From Dimorphilus gyrociliatus (taxonomy: Eukaryota; Animalia; Annelida): a stretch of 64,000 nt of DNA. The stretch covers positions 62,001-126,000 of the forward strand of contig CAJFCJ010000026.1 in the NCBI GenBank assembly GCA_904063045.1, written 5' to 3'. Below, one piece after another: positions 50,736-64,000 of the stretch. The number at the start of each line of letters is the position of its first letter. The stretch's first letter is position 1. A model generated the notes under the pieces. It worked only from the letters and a program-made list of their open reading frames with translations. It had not been told where the DNA came from and did not search any database. The position numbers and the translations under genes are program-made.

Positions 50736-52688
50736 GTCACAATCTAAGATAGAAAGAAAAAGGAAATAAGTATGGACGCCAGACGTTTCGGATTGTAATA
50801 CTATATACGATATACGGTAATAGTCCGAATGTCAACAGTAAAGCTTCCAAGTGATGCTAAGCCGTCGCATTTCTTATTAATTCCGACCCTAGCAAATGTC
50901 TCGTTTGTAATTATTTTGAATTTATTTGCAATAAAATATAATTTTAATATTCAGATCATATTCCGGAAACAATTTGTTGCAAATATAATAATGTGAATGA
51001 TGCAACTTTGAAGTCTAATATAGTTTATAATGTATTTAATAGTTTCTCGGTGAAATTTCCTTCTAGCTATAAACCAAACCGATGTTCGTTTGCGTCGTCT
51101 CTTACTCTATATACCTTCATTTCTTTTTTTGAATTCTCCCAATCGACTTACTCTATTTACCACATATCCATTCCTCTCTTAGCATCTCACTTCTCACAGT
51201 ATTCGTTCTTTCTCTCCTGCTATCTTTAATTCTTGCTTTCTCTGTTTCCTTCTTTTTCTCTTTTCTATCTATCCCTTTTTCTCTTTTTCTATCTCTTTCT
51301 TTCTTTTTCTCATTTTCTCCTTTATTTTATTCCCTTCCGTTTTCCCCTTTTCAACTTTTCTATCCCTTTTTGTCTCTATTAGCATATATTCTATTGCCTA
51401 TGTAAATATATTTGGATGTTTGTAAGTTTATACAAATTTGTTTGAAAATACATGTATTATATCTCTCTCCCTGCCGCACGATCTCTCCTTTTATCCGACA
51501 TATGAAAAGAGGAGAAAGAAATAAGCTTATTCATTGCCCTAAATCTAGACCTATAGATTCGCCTAATTCTTCCTTACTGTTTATTATTATCTTCTGTGAC
51601 GGGTTATTTTCGACAGAAAAATATATGTTGATCATAAAACGCCTAGCTGCATAATACTAGACTATTTAGGAAAGAAGAATACTTGTATATTGCCTCAATT
51701 ATTAGTAGGAAGAGTGTGATTTGCAGGATTTTGTTCTCTTTTTTGTACGTTTACAGAATAGGATTTATACACATAATTATTCTCTACTAATGTTGTTAAG
51801 ATTATTTTAATAACTCTATATAAAGCTTTGAATAAGACTAATTCACTGAAAAGAATTAGAAGGTAAAACAATCTTTGTCATATTTTATTCAAAGTTGAAC
51901 AGTTATTGCTCAGCTCACATTCACAAAGAAGGGATGTTTAAATAACATACATTCTACGTTAGCAGTAAAAATTGTAAATTCACAAGAGCACACATTTATA
52001 TACAATATGTATATAGTGTACATCTGCATGTAGCTTTATAATTATTAACTTATTCGTGTATTTAGAAGCTTTCAAATACATACGTCGTTCATAGATGAAA
52101 ATATATTCATATATTAATATACAAACTCATTAAATATATATATACTGTATACATTTGTGCACGTATACAGTATATATAAACGCTTTCTAATGAAATATTA
52201 CCAAGATAAAGTCAACTCTTAAATAAGTGCAAAAAAACTCCTCTGACTTAACACAGACGTACTTTTTCCTTTAATTGAAAGACCAAATTATAGTTGGCCT
52301 ATTTTGTATAATTTTTTTTGCAGAAAATAAGCTTTCTTTAGAGATAACAGAACAAATTTTTCATTTATTTTATTATTTTTTTCCTGTAAGTCGGCTTACA
52401 AAAATTCGATTTATTACACTATTTATTTTTAGAGCTAATCCAGGATCGTAGTCATCGTTTTGATGATTAATTTAATATAACAAAATGTTAAACGTTTTTA
52501 AGTTTTTCTTTTTTAAAGGCGTATTACAAAAAAAAAAACAACATAGCAGTCAAGATTTCGTTTTACTCTCTCTCTCTGTCTCTCTATCGCGCTAATCTGT
52601 ACTATATGAAATATACATAAATCTATTTTTATATATACAAAAAACACAAAAAATACATACATAATCTCACCCTCTCTCCCCTCTTCTT

Positions 52689-52719
<31 letters not shown>

Positions 52720-54725
52720 TTTCTCCCTTTTCTCTTTCACTCCTTCTCCCATTTTCCTTTTCTTCCCTCACGCATTAATATTATGTGTCTATTATCTCGT
52801 CTACTTACATATTTTATTACTGTGGAGAGAAAATGTCTTTTCCTATTCAAAAAAAAATATTTGGTTATATAATAAATTAAATTCTATATCGAATTTGTAT
52901 TATTTAAACATGAAAAAAAGGAAAATATCGAAATAATAATGTAATAATTGGAAAGAAGAGATTTTTCATAGTCTTTGAGCAGTATACGCACGTCTATTAT
53001 ATTACCTTTTCAATCTTACGTCTGATCCTCAATTAAAAAGTGAAATGTTTTCTTGCTGCTAAAAATTTTTTTTTAAAATAATAACTTACCTTTGGAGTGA
53101 TTTGTCATATTTCTTTTTCTTTTTTATCTTCCCTTTTCCCCCCTTTCCCCCCCCCCTTTTAAAAATAATACATCAAAGACGTTATTAATTTAACCTTTTT
53201 TTATAATTTCGAAAATTCGGAATTAATGTCTAATAAAAAAAAATAAAAAAAATTTTCCACTAATGGTAAGAAGCCTAATCTCAAGGGGAAAATATCATCT
53301 AAGGCTCTGCCTTAATTGTAGTAAAATTGACTGTATCATCACCAAAAATTTATATTAACAAGTTATGATAGCAATATAATATAATACTTCAAATGCTGTC
53401 GAAACCCTAATGCTTTAAAGTTGGTTCATAGGATTAAGCGCTGCACCTTCCTTTATTAAATTTTACTCCTTTGAGAAGAAAGAGTAAAAAAAACCTATTA
53501 TTTTTTACTGAACTATAGTAGCTTTCGGAGATACTCCAAGCTATCATTGGAATATACTCTAGAGGTTTAACTTGAATCATATTACAATTTTCTTCTTAAT
53601 TTTTTTGACAAGACCAACTTCCAGTAACATTCTAACAAAAATTTATGATGAAGAGTCTACTTCTAAATTGAATATGTACTAGAGAACAAACAACACCTGA
53701 AACTCTAAACTCATTCATCGTTGTGCTCTTTTATTGAATTCGACTACGAACAGCCTTCCTCAATTTAAGAATTGAAAAGAATCCTTTATATGGCGGCTTT
53801 CATTTATTTAATATTATTTTAATAATAATGTAATATTTTGCGTTCGAAATGAGAGAAAGTATTATCCCTAGACCTTTGGAGAAGTGCAGTCATTTTGCTG
53901 CCTATCGATATATCTTTTTTATTCTTAGGTGCAGAAAAAATTTGTTCTTATTTCCTTTGTCTTCGTTAAGGGGCATTTAGGAAAATAACTACTATTACAG
54001 GTTTAAAAGTGGTCACAGGCTTAGGAGCTACCCAATAGATAATCAATTTTTCCATTGCTGTAAATCAACTGCAATGATTTTATTTATCAACTCTAAATCA
54101 CATTATAATCTAAATAATTGTGTACTTGGCCCCCGTTTCAGATTGATTAAATATGCTATATACACCAAAAAAAAACACAGACCCTCCTTTCTACCTATAA
54201 ATACATTATTACCGAATTTAATCGAATAATACGGGAAAAAGCTGTTTGGGCCGTTTCTCTCTCACTCTCTCTTCTTTTTTTTTTATACAATTAAATTTAC
54301 GTAAAACAATCCAATACCCGATCTACATTTAACTTAAAAACTCTAATAATTAGTAAAATAAGCAATATTTCATAAGAAAGTGTGTATATGTGCATATATA
54401 ATTTTCCAAATATATATAGAGTATTTATATATATATATATATATATAATATATATATATATATATCAATAAATGCGTAATCTATGTACATTTATAATTTC
54501 AGAGTTATATATATAAATAAGAATATTTACAAAAGCACTAGATAATTTCATGAAGGACTGGGCTTTCAGGGATAGTTTGCATAAAATATTTTGTAAAAAA
54601 AATCCTTTACGCTTTACCCTGTTTTTACCCTGTCACTGCAGTTACATGTAACACTCTATCGATAGGTTAATTGGATATATACGAAGGTAAATATATATGC
54701 AGGTATAGAGAATATAGATATAAAT

Positions 54726-54761
<36 letters not shown>

Positions 54762-55017
54762 GAATATGTGTATGTTTATATGTATACATATATACATACA
54801 TATAAATGTTTATCTACAGGTATATGTATAAAGAATATATAAAGCAAACGTTATACAGACTTTATCTAGATAGAAAAAGGTATATTGCTAATTTGAATAC
54901 GCAACGATCAGTTAGTTAAAATTATTAGAGTTAACTTGATTGCGATTAGAATTTGTTTTTGTTATTATTTATAGGAATGGTTCAAAGCTTCGTTGTCTGT
55001 ATGATCTGTGTGTTGGC

Positions 55018-58000
55018 TCAATAGATGTAATCGTTATAGGATTTAAAATGCTGAAGGTCGTATACCTGCTGATGGTTTGATTGTTTATCGGAATCTGGAG
55101 GATTAGAAGTGTCGCTATCGCGTGCGGCCAGCGCCCGTGCAGCGGCGTCTGCAGACTCGTTCAAAGGATAAGCGAGATGAGGAGGAAGCGGTTCCGGAGG
55201 GGGCGGAGGTGGAGGAGGGCAAAGCTTGACTAGTGGAGCAATAACTGGTGAACAAACACTCTCCGTGTCCGTCTCTTCAGATACTTCCGATACCTCCTCT
55301 ATGACGTGAATATCAGTCAATTGCTTTTCGGAATTTCCCGCATTCGTAACGTTGAGCGATGGCGTTGGTGCTAGGCCATCAGCTGCTCGTTCTTGTCTTA
55401 ATTGTAGTAGAGGATTTAAAGCGGAGAAGTCGGTGAAAGGCTTTCGAGAAGGCGGATCAGGTGTCAAAGAACGAGCCAGACGAGGTGAGCTAGAAGACCG
55501 TAAACGAGGAGATCTAGAATTATTAGCATCAGAGCGCCTCATACGACCAGTACTGCTTGATGATGACGAGGAAGAGGCGTCCATAAGTGATTCCCGCCTA
55601 TTGAGCATTGGGTGACTTCGTGCTATATTGTTCAGTAGTCCAGCCGACATACTCATGGATAGAGAAAGCGATAGGGAAGCAACGGATGTCAATCCAGTAG
55701 ACGTATCTAATCGTTGAGGTTGTCCTGTTAAGGGGAAAAAGGGATAATGATAAAGAAGACTTAAGAAAGAAAGAAAACCCCCTAAGGGTTAGATTAGCGA
55801 ATTTATATTAAGTATATATGTACAGAATTTGTGTGCGCAATATAACAAAATAAAATATATGCACTTCTGGATAGAACGTTCCCCTGTACAGCAAATGGAC
55901 GAATAAAAAAGAAAAAAAAACCAACCGAAAACGATATTCATTACCCTTCTTGCTCTTTATATACTTACGTCTAGGCCGACATGCCGCTATATCTTCCTCG
56001 CTTGCTCCGGATTGTTGGCAAAGGAATTTCAAAGCGTGTATTTCTTTCTGTCGACACACCAATATGGTATATAGATTTGCATGCGCTTTTATTTATTTGT
56101 TTGTATTATTTGTTTTATTTATACGTCTTTCAAGTGTTTCTCATCTTCCAATAACTCGATTTTCTTCTCAGCGCGCCGTCTTGCCCTCTTCTGTAGCTTG
56201 ATACGAAATTCCTGTCGTTGTTTTGCAGTAACCATAATTCCTAACGGGAAAGATAGGAATAGAAAAGAGAAAATTATCTCTTAGTGAAGATGTATAACTT
56301 TATATACTTTACACTAAGTTTATGCTTATTTAATTTTCTTATCTTACCGTTAATTACTCTCAAGATCCGCCAGAGAAGGAAGACTATAAGTAAGGCTGCC
56401 GCCTCTTCGCCTTGAACCTCTCCGATTCCTTTCAGAAATACTAAATCTAAAGCAAACGACGCTACTATTATCACAGCATCAAATATCTCCATTTTGTGCT
56501 TGAAAAATTCTAGACCCATTCCAATCACTTTGAGCAAGACCTAAAAACAGTAAAAAAAAATAATCTGTATATATATGTATTTCAACGACGATTGGCTGTT
56601 AAGATGCAATTACAGAAACAGTTAAGACCTGGATAACAAAAATGCCAAGTATAGTAATACTGCAGAAATGCAGGCTGTGAGCAATCTTGAGTAGAAATTT
56701 CGATTTCGAATACGTATGGCTGACTGGTTCGTTTGATAAATAATGACTGTCATTCGAAAATCCTCCACCGACTCCTTGCTCAGATAAATATGGTGGCGGC
56801 GTCGAAGAGGAAGTAGCAGAAGGCGATGACGACTCCTCGCCATTGGTTGTTACGGATTCCGACTTCTGGCTGTATTCGCACAATCGCCTCATTTGCATAG
56901 AAGCCGAACTGACGTTTGGCGAATTATCAGGCATGGAAAGTAGGCTGAGAATGTGATCGACGTTCGAACCTTCATAGCCTCGCAATTCTTCCGCGTGAGC
57001 GACTCGAATGAATCCGAGCACGTTGTCGAGATGAGATTGCGTTTCTTCGTACTGTCCTAATACGTTTCGTAGGATAAGGATATTGTCCGCTTTATTACAT
57101 AGCGCGAAAAAGATTTTTTTCCCTCCGTCAAGCGTATAATTTGGGTGCATAAAACTAAAATATAGCGAAAGGATAACGGGAAGAGACTGGAGGGAGAGTG
57201 GCAAGAAAAAAAGGACACAGTAAAAATTCGCCACTGGCGTTCGTCCTGCCATTTGCGTACGGAAATTGCGGGCAAGACGACTGCAAACGATCAAAGTGGC
57301 AAATCGATAAGATTCGGCGCGCACCTGCAAGCTTTTCTGAAGAAAGGTGGAAGAGGAGAGCGAACCCGACTGATTGAGGGCAGTTTATCGCCGTTCACTT
57401 CCCCAAGGAGTCAAGTTAGCACTACGTCTCCCAATTCTTTACTGTACACATTATTTTTTTTTTAGGTCTATTTTGCGTCAAAATCTATTTTAAACTTTTT
57501 GTTGCCTTCAGAATCGTTTCATTTCATTCCGTTCTAATTCTATTTGTTCATATGTTTTTACGATTCATAATTTTAATATTTTCCTTCCCGTTTCTCTTTT
57601 TCCCAAAAGTCCCGCTTCCCTTTTCCGTTTTACTGTTTTTCTATTCTATTCTTTCCTTCTTCATTCTTTATCTGCCTATCTATGTGACTATCTATCTTAC
57701 CTCGTATGGCGTGCAGGTCGAGAAGGATCTCGGCAATCACGACTCCGGCGTCAATTAGAACTAATACGCAGAGAAGAATTTGTAGCGGATTGCTTTCGAG
57801 TAACTTTACCAACTTTCCTCGCCATCTGCAAACAATAGATTATTCAGGAATTGGGTTAACACAAGACTTGTAGAGAATTGGCAGTAGACAAGCGCGTCGC
57901 ATAACGCCGCAGCACGACTGCAATGCAATTCATAAAGCGGCCGTTCGTCCTGACGCGTCAATTAGGCTATGCGACGCAGCTGTGAATTTCTTCCCTCCCC

Positions 58001-58368
58001 CTTCTCTATTTCTCTTTTTTTATCTCTTTTTATATCTTTTCCCTCAACGAATCTTTCTCAATTTCAGAAGCTTAAGAATAAAGTAGAAAAAAAAACAATA
58101 TAAAAAAATAACTAACGTTTTAGGCTCGTCATCTTGTAACGAACGTAACTCTTCGTCTAAAAGTTCCGAATCCACGCTGTCGTCCTCCAGGTCTTTTAAG
58201 AATTTTTCATCCTTCAACCACTCGCAACGACTGCCGTATTGTGACAGCCTGTTTAGATGATTTATAGTAGAAGTTGCAGTTGAAATATTAACGTTATTAA
58301 TACTACTTCAGAAAAAAAGACTGTAGAAATTAAAATAATAAATTGAAAAATTCGTTTAACCTCCGCAT
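55018..58368 (-). CDS. Voltage-gated proton channel (Hv family), atypical (exons 58368-58361, 58248-58117, 57825-57701, 57056-56629, 56540-56348, 56240-56125, 56047-55969, 55724-55018)
   Basis: S1 LCVLVLIDAGVVIAEILLD with the selectivity Asp; S2 AHSLHFCSITILGIFVIQ; S3 EIFDAVIIVASFALD; S4 LLWRILRVING; coiled coil ending KEIHALKFLCQQSG. All junctions keep frame. The stop may instead be at 54969 if a 49-nt intron (55017-55065) is spliced; start ATG is a best guess. Confidence 0.88.
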
Positions 58369-58659
58369 GACGCCGAGTGGAAGACGGCGCCATTTGTAAG
58401 AAAAAACTTAATTATTTGAAAAAATTTTTTATCACGCACACCCTCTTCTCTGACTCGTTTGGCTTATCTTTTTTCTTTTTCTATATCTCTTTTTTCGCTC
58501 TTCCCCACTTCTCCTTTTATACTAATTTCCTTTTCTGTTTTTTTTTTGTGAGATCTTTTCGATTTTGCCTTTAATATAATGCATATATCTCGTTGAAGCT
58601 CGGATAACCTACCCTTATCAGTATCTTTACCTTCGTCCTTCTCGCGTTGACTGTCTTTC

Positions 58660-58750
58660 CTTTTTCCGTCGCTCTCTCGCTCTCTCGCTCTTCCTCTCTC
58701 TCGCTCTCGCTCTCTCTCTCTCGCTCTCTCTCTCACTTTTTTTTCTCTCT
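58660..58750. repeat. Imperfect (CT/CG)n pyrimidine microsatellite upstream of the Hv start
   Basis: Direct reading of ctctcg/ctctct arrays. Confidence 0.8.
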
Positions 58751-60829
58751 TTCTCTATGAAATAATCTGGTGTGGCTTTCGTCCGTCTCCTGACTGATGG
58801 CGTTCTCAAACTACGAGCATAGACGCCTAGCGGCGTCGTATGCTTGTTTCTTTTTAATTAAAAGAATTGAATGTATACAAACGCAATTGTACGTATACAT
58901 CTGATTACGAACACCACTTAAAAAAGAGTAATGAAAAAAAAAGACAAAGAATAGGAAAAAAAAGAAAGAAACGAAACAATAATGTCAATTTTCATGTGAA
59001 GAAACAAATATAGTTCAAAGTGTACTCTCTATTAGTAAAAATTCTTATATATTGACACATTTATGATTGTATAATTATAAAAGCTAGAGTAATCTTAATG
59101 TAAATTATATATGATATTTGTATTATAATATACTATTTGTATAGTATACATAAGTACAAGAGAGTACAACCAAGTCGGTGCGTGCGTATCGTGCTAATCG
59201 ATATAAGGCGCCAACTTTTTTCTTTCAGCACGAACCAACGGTCGCTGTAATACGCCATCTTTCGGTGGGAATTATACCACCTAATAGACTCGCCTTGTTG
59301 GTGAATACATAGATAAAAAGGCAATCCATGTAGAAGTAGTGCGGAAATAATAGAAAGCATAAATTGACATTCGAAAAAAATAGAAGAATATTTAAAATTT
59401 GTAGATATACTGTATTTACTGGTGAACGGTATATATACCTCGTATAAGTTTTACCCTCCGATTCTTTATGCATAATTCAGCACCTGCTATACGTTATGAC
59501 AGAGACACTTGCTATAGTATATTGTTATATGGCGAAAGAAAATATGACGAACAGAAATCGAACGCCTTATTGACCCTCCGTTGTATACAGACGACTAGTC
59601 GAACAACGAGAAGTCGGCGTCAGAAACTATTGTTGCGGTAACCGTATAGTCAATTTCGTTGCAGTTGGCGATCAATTAATGCTGAACGCCGAAAAAACCT
59701 CGCATGGCAATCAAGGTCGATACGTTTGTGCATAATTGAAATAGTCGAACGAACGAAGCGCAAATGGTCCCGCGAGATGCCGAATAGTTTTGACGATCGC
59801 GCAGTTTTTTGGCAGCTGTTCATGACATTTCAGTGTAGTCTTGTTTTCGTACAATTAGTACAAGAATATTTCTAGAGTAATTTTACAACTATATATCATA
59901 GATAGAAGCGAAGAATTATATTTATGAGTATCCATATATTTAGATAATTTATATGAAATACATACAACTTATATAGTTTTATTTATACATTTGTTAATAT
60001 ATCTATCTTTTAGAGATACTCTAGATTGTATACAAATTTACATTTAATATTCCCTACTTAGGCTATTCTGTTGGATGTTTTTTTCAAATTTTGTAGATAA
60101 ATAGAACTGAAAGTATTTCTTTAAAATTCTGATATACTGTATTTTGCTGTATATGCGATAAGAACTTCTGTATGTTGGTGTATGAGTGAAAGTATGTCTG
60201 CTCGTGTATATGTTGGTAAAGCAGTACGAAATTTCTCTTACTGTGGTTAAATATATAGAGACAAATACATACATTCTCACTTGAAAACACTGTAGAACAG
60301 CGTTTTCACATTCTTTGACATTACTTACATGGAGGATGCCGGGAGGGCTGGGGGAAGCATGACTTTGAAACGACATGCGAAAATTATGATCCAATACCAA
60401 GTAAAAAAAAGACAAGGCAGAATAGAATGAATATATCAGAGTGGAGCATAAGACGAATGCTCACTCGCTCAAGCCGTCAAGATGAATGGACGAGGTGTGG
60501 TGCTGGCGTCGTATCGCCTATAGTACAGGAGAGGCGCCCTTTACATTTGCTCTATCGGACTGCTGTCAACCGTAAGACGCCAACTCAGGCCTATAATTCT
60601 ACTCGCTAGCACCACTTTGCACTTATCGTATAGACGCCTTACCTATTCACAAACGGTTAGAATCCCGTTAAAGGCACCTTTGAAGGCGAGTACCAACAAA
60701 AAAAAGCACCAATCACCCAAATATGCAGCTATCGATTTGAGAGGAGCGCTATACAGTCAGTCAGCGACGCGGCGACGACCACCATCCTACCCTTTTTTCT
60801 TTTATATGTGTTTTGTCCTCTATATTTTT

Positions 60830-60993
60830 ATAGAAAAAAGTTTTTTCTTCTCATTTTCCTTTTTTCCATCACTTTCTATCTTTTTACCACCCTTTATTCT
60901 TCTTTTTCCTACCATTCCTTTTTTCTTTCGCTCTCTCACTCTAGAGCTATCTATCGCTCTATCTATCTATTTCTCCCCTTTTCCCCTCCCCTT

Positions 60994-61028
<35 letters not shown>

Positions 61029-61205
61029 TTTCTCTCGCTCTGATTTTCGCTTTCACTCTTTCTACTACTAAAATACTTTATTTTTCTCTATTTGTCTTGC
61101 TCTCTCTCTCTCTCTCTCTCTATAATTTCTCTCACCCTCTCTTTCTCACACCCTCTCCATTTCTCTCCCACTCTTTTCTTTTTCCTTTCCGCATAACTAT
61201 TTTTT
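60830..61205. repeat. Long polypyrimidine tract with embedded (CT)n microsatellites
   Basis: Almost purely C/T on the + strand; it creates the spurious F/S/L-rich ORFs in the track. Confidence 0.8.
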
Positions 61206-64000
61206 TGTTGTTGAAAATATATAACCCATATAGCTTATTTCCTCAAATAATATAATACACTAAAGATATCTTTACTTTTTCTTTCTCTCTTTACAGACTC
61301 AACTAGAGCATCATACAAAACTAGATACAATGCGCAACCGACGCTTCATTAGCTTAATACACAGGCAGGATATCTGCGCCATCTACCGCGTGGCGTTCTA
61401 ATCATGCTAATCAATGCCGACGGCTATATTCGAATTTTCGCGTTTCGATCGCGCACAAGAGTAATATATTGTAGCGGTATTAGTATAGCGACAGGCGGTT
61501 ACACGATCGATTTTTTTCTTCCTCTTTCTCTTATCGACCCCCTTACCCCCACCCTCTTCCACTCCCACTCTGGTCCCTTTTCCGCCCAAACTTTTTCTCT
61601 CGATCACGCCCCCTCGTGCACCCAAATTACGACACTTTTCGCGATCGGAAAACGAAATTGATGGGCGAGAACGTGTTTGAAATATCGATCGTTTATTAGT
61701 AATCGACTAGTAAAATATACAAACTAGCTAAACCCTGTTTGCCTAGAGAAGCTTCACCGGATGTTTGCACGACACATTTTCCAGGAAGTAGGTGTATAGA
61801 CACGGATAATTTCAATGTTATTTAGGAAGAGTACTCCTACTAGTTTCAGGCGAAAAGAGCCACGTGCGTTTTGCTAAAGGAAAACGAAAGTCCTTTGATA
61901 CGTTAGAAAATTAGCCCGTCGCTATTCGCTTTGAAATTCTATAGGCCTACCCGAAGACGCTGTACGCCCGGAATTACTTTTCATCGATAGACGGCGTTCA
62001 TTTCCTATTTCAAATTTTTTTTAAGTTCGAAAAAATAAAAAAGAGGTTTAAGAGGAAGTAGATGTTCTGATGTTTGTCGGTGTTATAAAAGAAGTATCAA
62101 AATACTTTCCTTTCGTGTGTAACGAGCCAATTGTTTTTGGGAGACCTTAAAAGTATTCTCTAAATAGTTATACAGCTGAAACGTTTTCAAAGTGCATATA
62201 TATATATATATATTTATATATAAAATACCGAGTATTTATGTGGAACATTATACTCTAACTATTTGTATACACGATATACAAACTGCACGTCATTTCTTGT
62301 TATGTAATTGAAAGGCTGCATCGTATAATGATCCCATAATGTTCAATAATTAAAAGAGTTGGCTAATATTTAGTCGCATATTGATATGTTATATCTTTAT
62401 TATATTATCAAGTTAACCGAAAATTTTTTCATAGGTCAATAAAACGAGTTTATCAGCTTTCATTCAATAAATATTAAAAACTGGGAAAACAATATAAATG
62501 CTTGACTTGTATGAATAATTTCTTACTTTTTTTAAGTTGATCTTTTTTCCTTTATAAATGATAATTGTACGCGTTCTCTGTTTTCTATTTTCTGTATAGA
62601 AAAGATAGAAATATTGCCTGTCAGAGAATTATATATAATAAATAGGCTGCCCACAGAATCAACGTCTCAAACACTATTTTGTAATCGTATGTTGCCTTCA
62701 ATTGTAATTGGTTTATTATTTAAAAGTGTTCTTCTATGATATGCGATTGTTGTACGGAATGTCTATTAATTTTATAGTCATAAAAATTATCTTTGTAAAT
62801 GTAGGACACTTCTTCAATATCCTATTGAAATATATATATATATATACTGTATATACGACGCATATTCTCCTTTCCTATAATTAATTTTCATTTTTAATTC
62901 ATCTGTTTAAAGCCTATGACAAATGAATCTGAGAACATACGCATTCGGGGTATAATAGGATTGACCAACGGAATAGCGTACTATTCGATGGTTTTCTTCT
63001 TCGTTGTTATACGAGAAGTTACTGAACTTCCTGCTATTCCATTTAGGAGTACTTATTATATTGGGTGTAATATTAGTTGCCACATCTTTGTTCCTAGTCA
63101 GTTCCTCACATTTAGTTTTTCTCTTTTTGGAATCAATAATCCAAACCATTATAAGATTTCGATTATTTATTCTTTATATATTTTAGGTAAATTTCGAGTT
63201 AAGTTCAGATTATGGCAGGTATGAACAATTGAAAGGCACTTGATATTTCATGTTCTGAAGGTATAGTTTTTGAAACAAAAGAACATTATTTAATAGCTTG
63301 TATATTAATTTTTTTTGCTTCGAATGACAAATCATATACCTTTTTCTTATATGTCTAAAACTTCAACCTTTTTCAACCTATGATGTGAGGTGCATTATAT
63401 TCGTAAATTTCATTTTAAAATTACATATATGAAAAAGTTTGCACTCTGCAATAGCTCTCTCTATTCAAATGATCAAGGATATGTTGCTATTGTAACATTT
63501 AAAAAGAATTCTAATTTTAACTAAAAATACAAACTATCTACTACTGTAGACTGATCTTTTAATAGCAATCATTAATTTAGGTTCTATATAAATCTATTTT
63601 TCTATAAAAAAAGAATAACATTTGGTTGATATTGATCGTTAATAAAAATATTTTTTAGAAATAAGGGTTTAATGAGGCAGATTAATCATAAGCAATAGAG
63701 AAAGCAAAGAAAACAGTAATAAAAGGTTTTCGTACTAATGACTGTAAAAAAACAACCAAAAGCAAAATTGTCAAAAATCGATTTAGGAAAACTGGTACAT
63801 TTAAAGTTAAATTAATGCATGTTGAAAAGCAAATTTCTAGTGTTGAAAGTTGAAAAAGATTATTACCGAGCTAAAAAAAGCCGAATTAAATTTATTCTTA
63901 TGTCATTTATAATAAATTGGATATAGAGCAATAGTCTTTATTTTGCCGACTGACAAATGCGCTTCATTTTTTTGAGCGATAATTTAACTGCCTATTCATT

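Noticed and set aside
52513-52752. 79-aa ORF with RERE repeats
   Set aside because: Microsatellite-derived; the same applies to 13724-13969.
50800-54950. Long intergenic region as a possible transposon or RNA gene
   Set aside because: No terminal repeats, target-site duplications, transposase/RT motifs, tRNA boxes or rRNA similarity visible; only microsatellites and AT-rich sequence.
57057-57330. N-terminal part of the 243-aa ORF
   Set aside because: Probably intronic read-through; phase with the S1 exon requires an acceptor at about 57056.
58464-58809. ER/RA-repeat ORFs upstream of Hv
   Set aside because: Produced by GA microsatellites. The 58627 donor is phase-compatible with Hv exon 2, but no in-frame ATG precedes it, so it is at most a 5' UTR exon.
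60329-60376. Short minus-strand ATG exon with a GTAAGT donor as an alternative Hv first exon
   Set aside because: Ends in phase 0 whereas Hv exon 2 needs phase 2; more likely UTR.
60617-61255. 212-aa ORF and nested 87-aa ORF rich in F/S/L
   Set aside because: Translation of a CT polypyrimidine tract; non-ATG start and no domain.

Overview
Eukaryotic, visibly AT-rich and very gene-dense window with many tiny GT-AG introns (mostly about 50-90 nt), which is why the ORF track fragments or misses most genes. The DH31-type neuropeptide points to a lophotrochozoan, probably an annelid; the compaction suggests a miniature-genome species such as Dimorphilus gyrociliatus (inference, not tested). I spliced about 16 protein-coding genes by hand: an antistasin-like secreted protein, phospholipase B1-like, an opsin, a stand-alone ITI-heavy-chain C-terminal-like protein, an orphan ORF, TMEM87-like, a peptide GPCR, SPPL3, MED13, BLTP2/KIAA0100, a DH31 prohormone, an SRCR-like/TM/U-box protein, a small secreted protein, archaemetzincin, KIF6/9-like kinesin and an atypical Hv proton channel. 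I saw no rRNA, tRNA, CRISPR array or recognisable transposon. The most interesting candidates are (1) a single-pass receptor coupling an SRCR-like ectodomain to a cytoplasmic U-box, (2) an Hv channel with only two S4 arginines, E153Q and a ~125-aa S1-S2 loop, and (3) a group-4-like opsin with acidic residues at both counterion positions 113 and 181. No database searches were run; family calls rest on remembered motifs, and some exon boundaries and 5' ends are best guesses.
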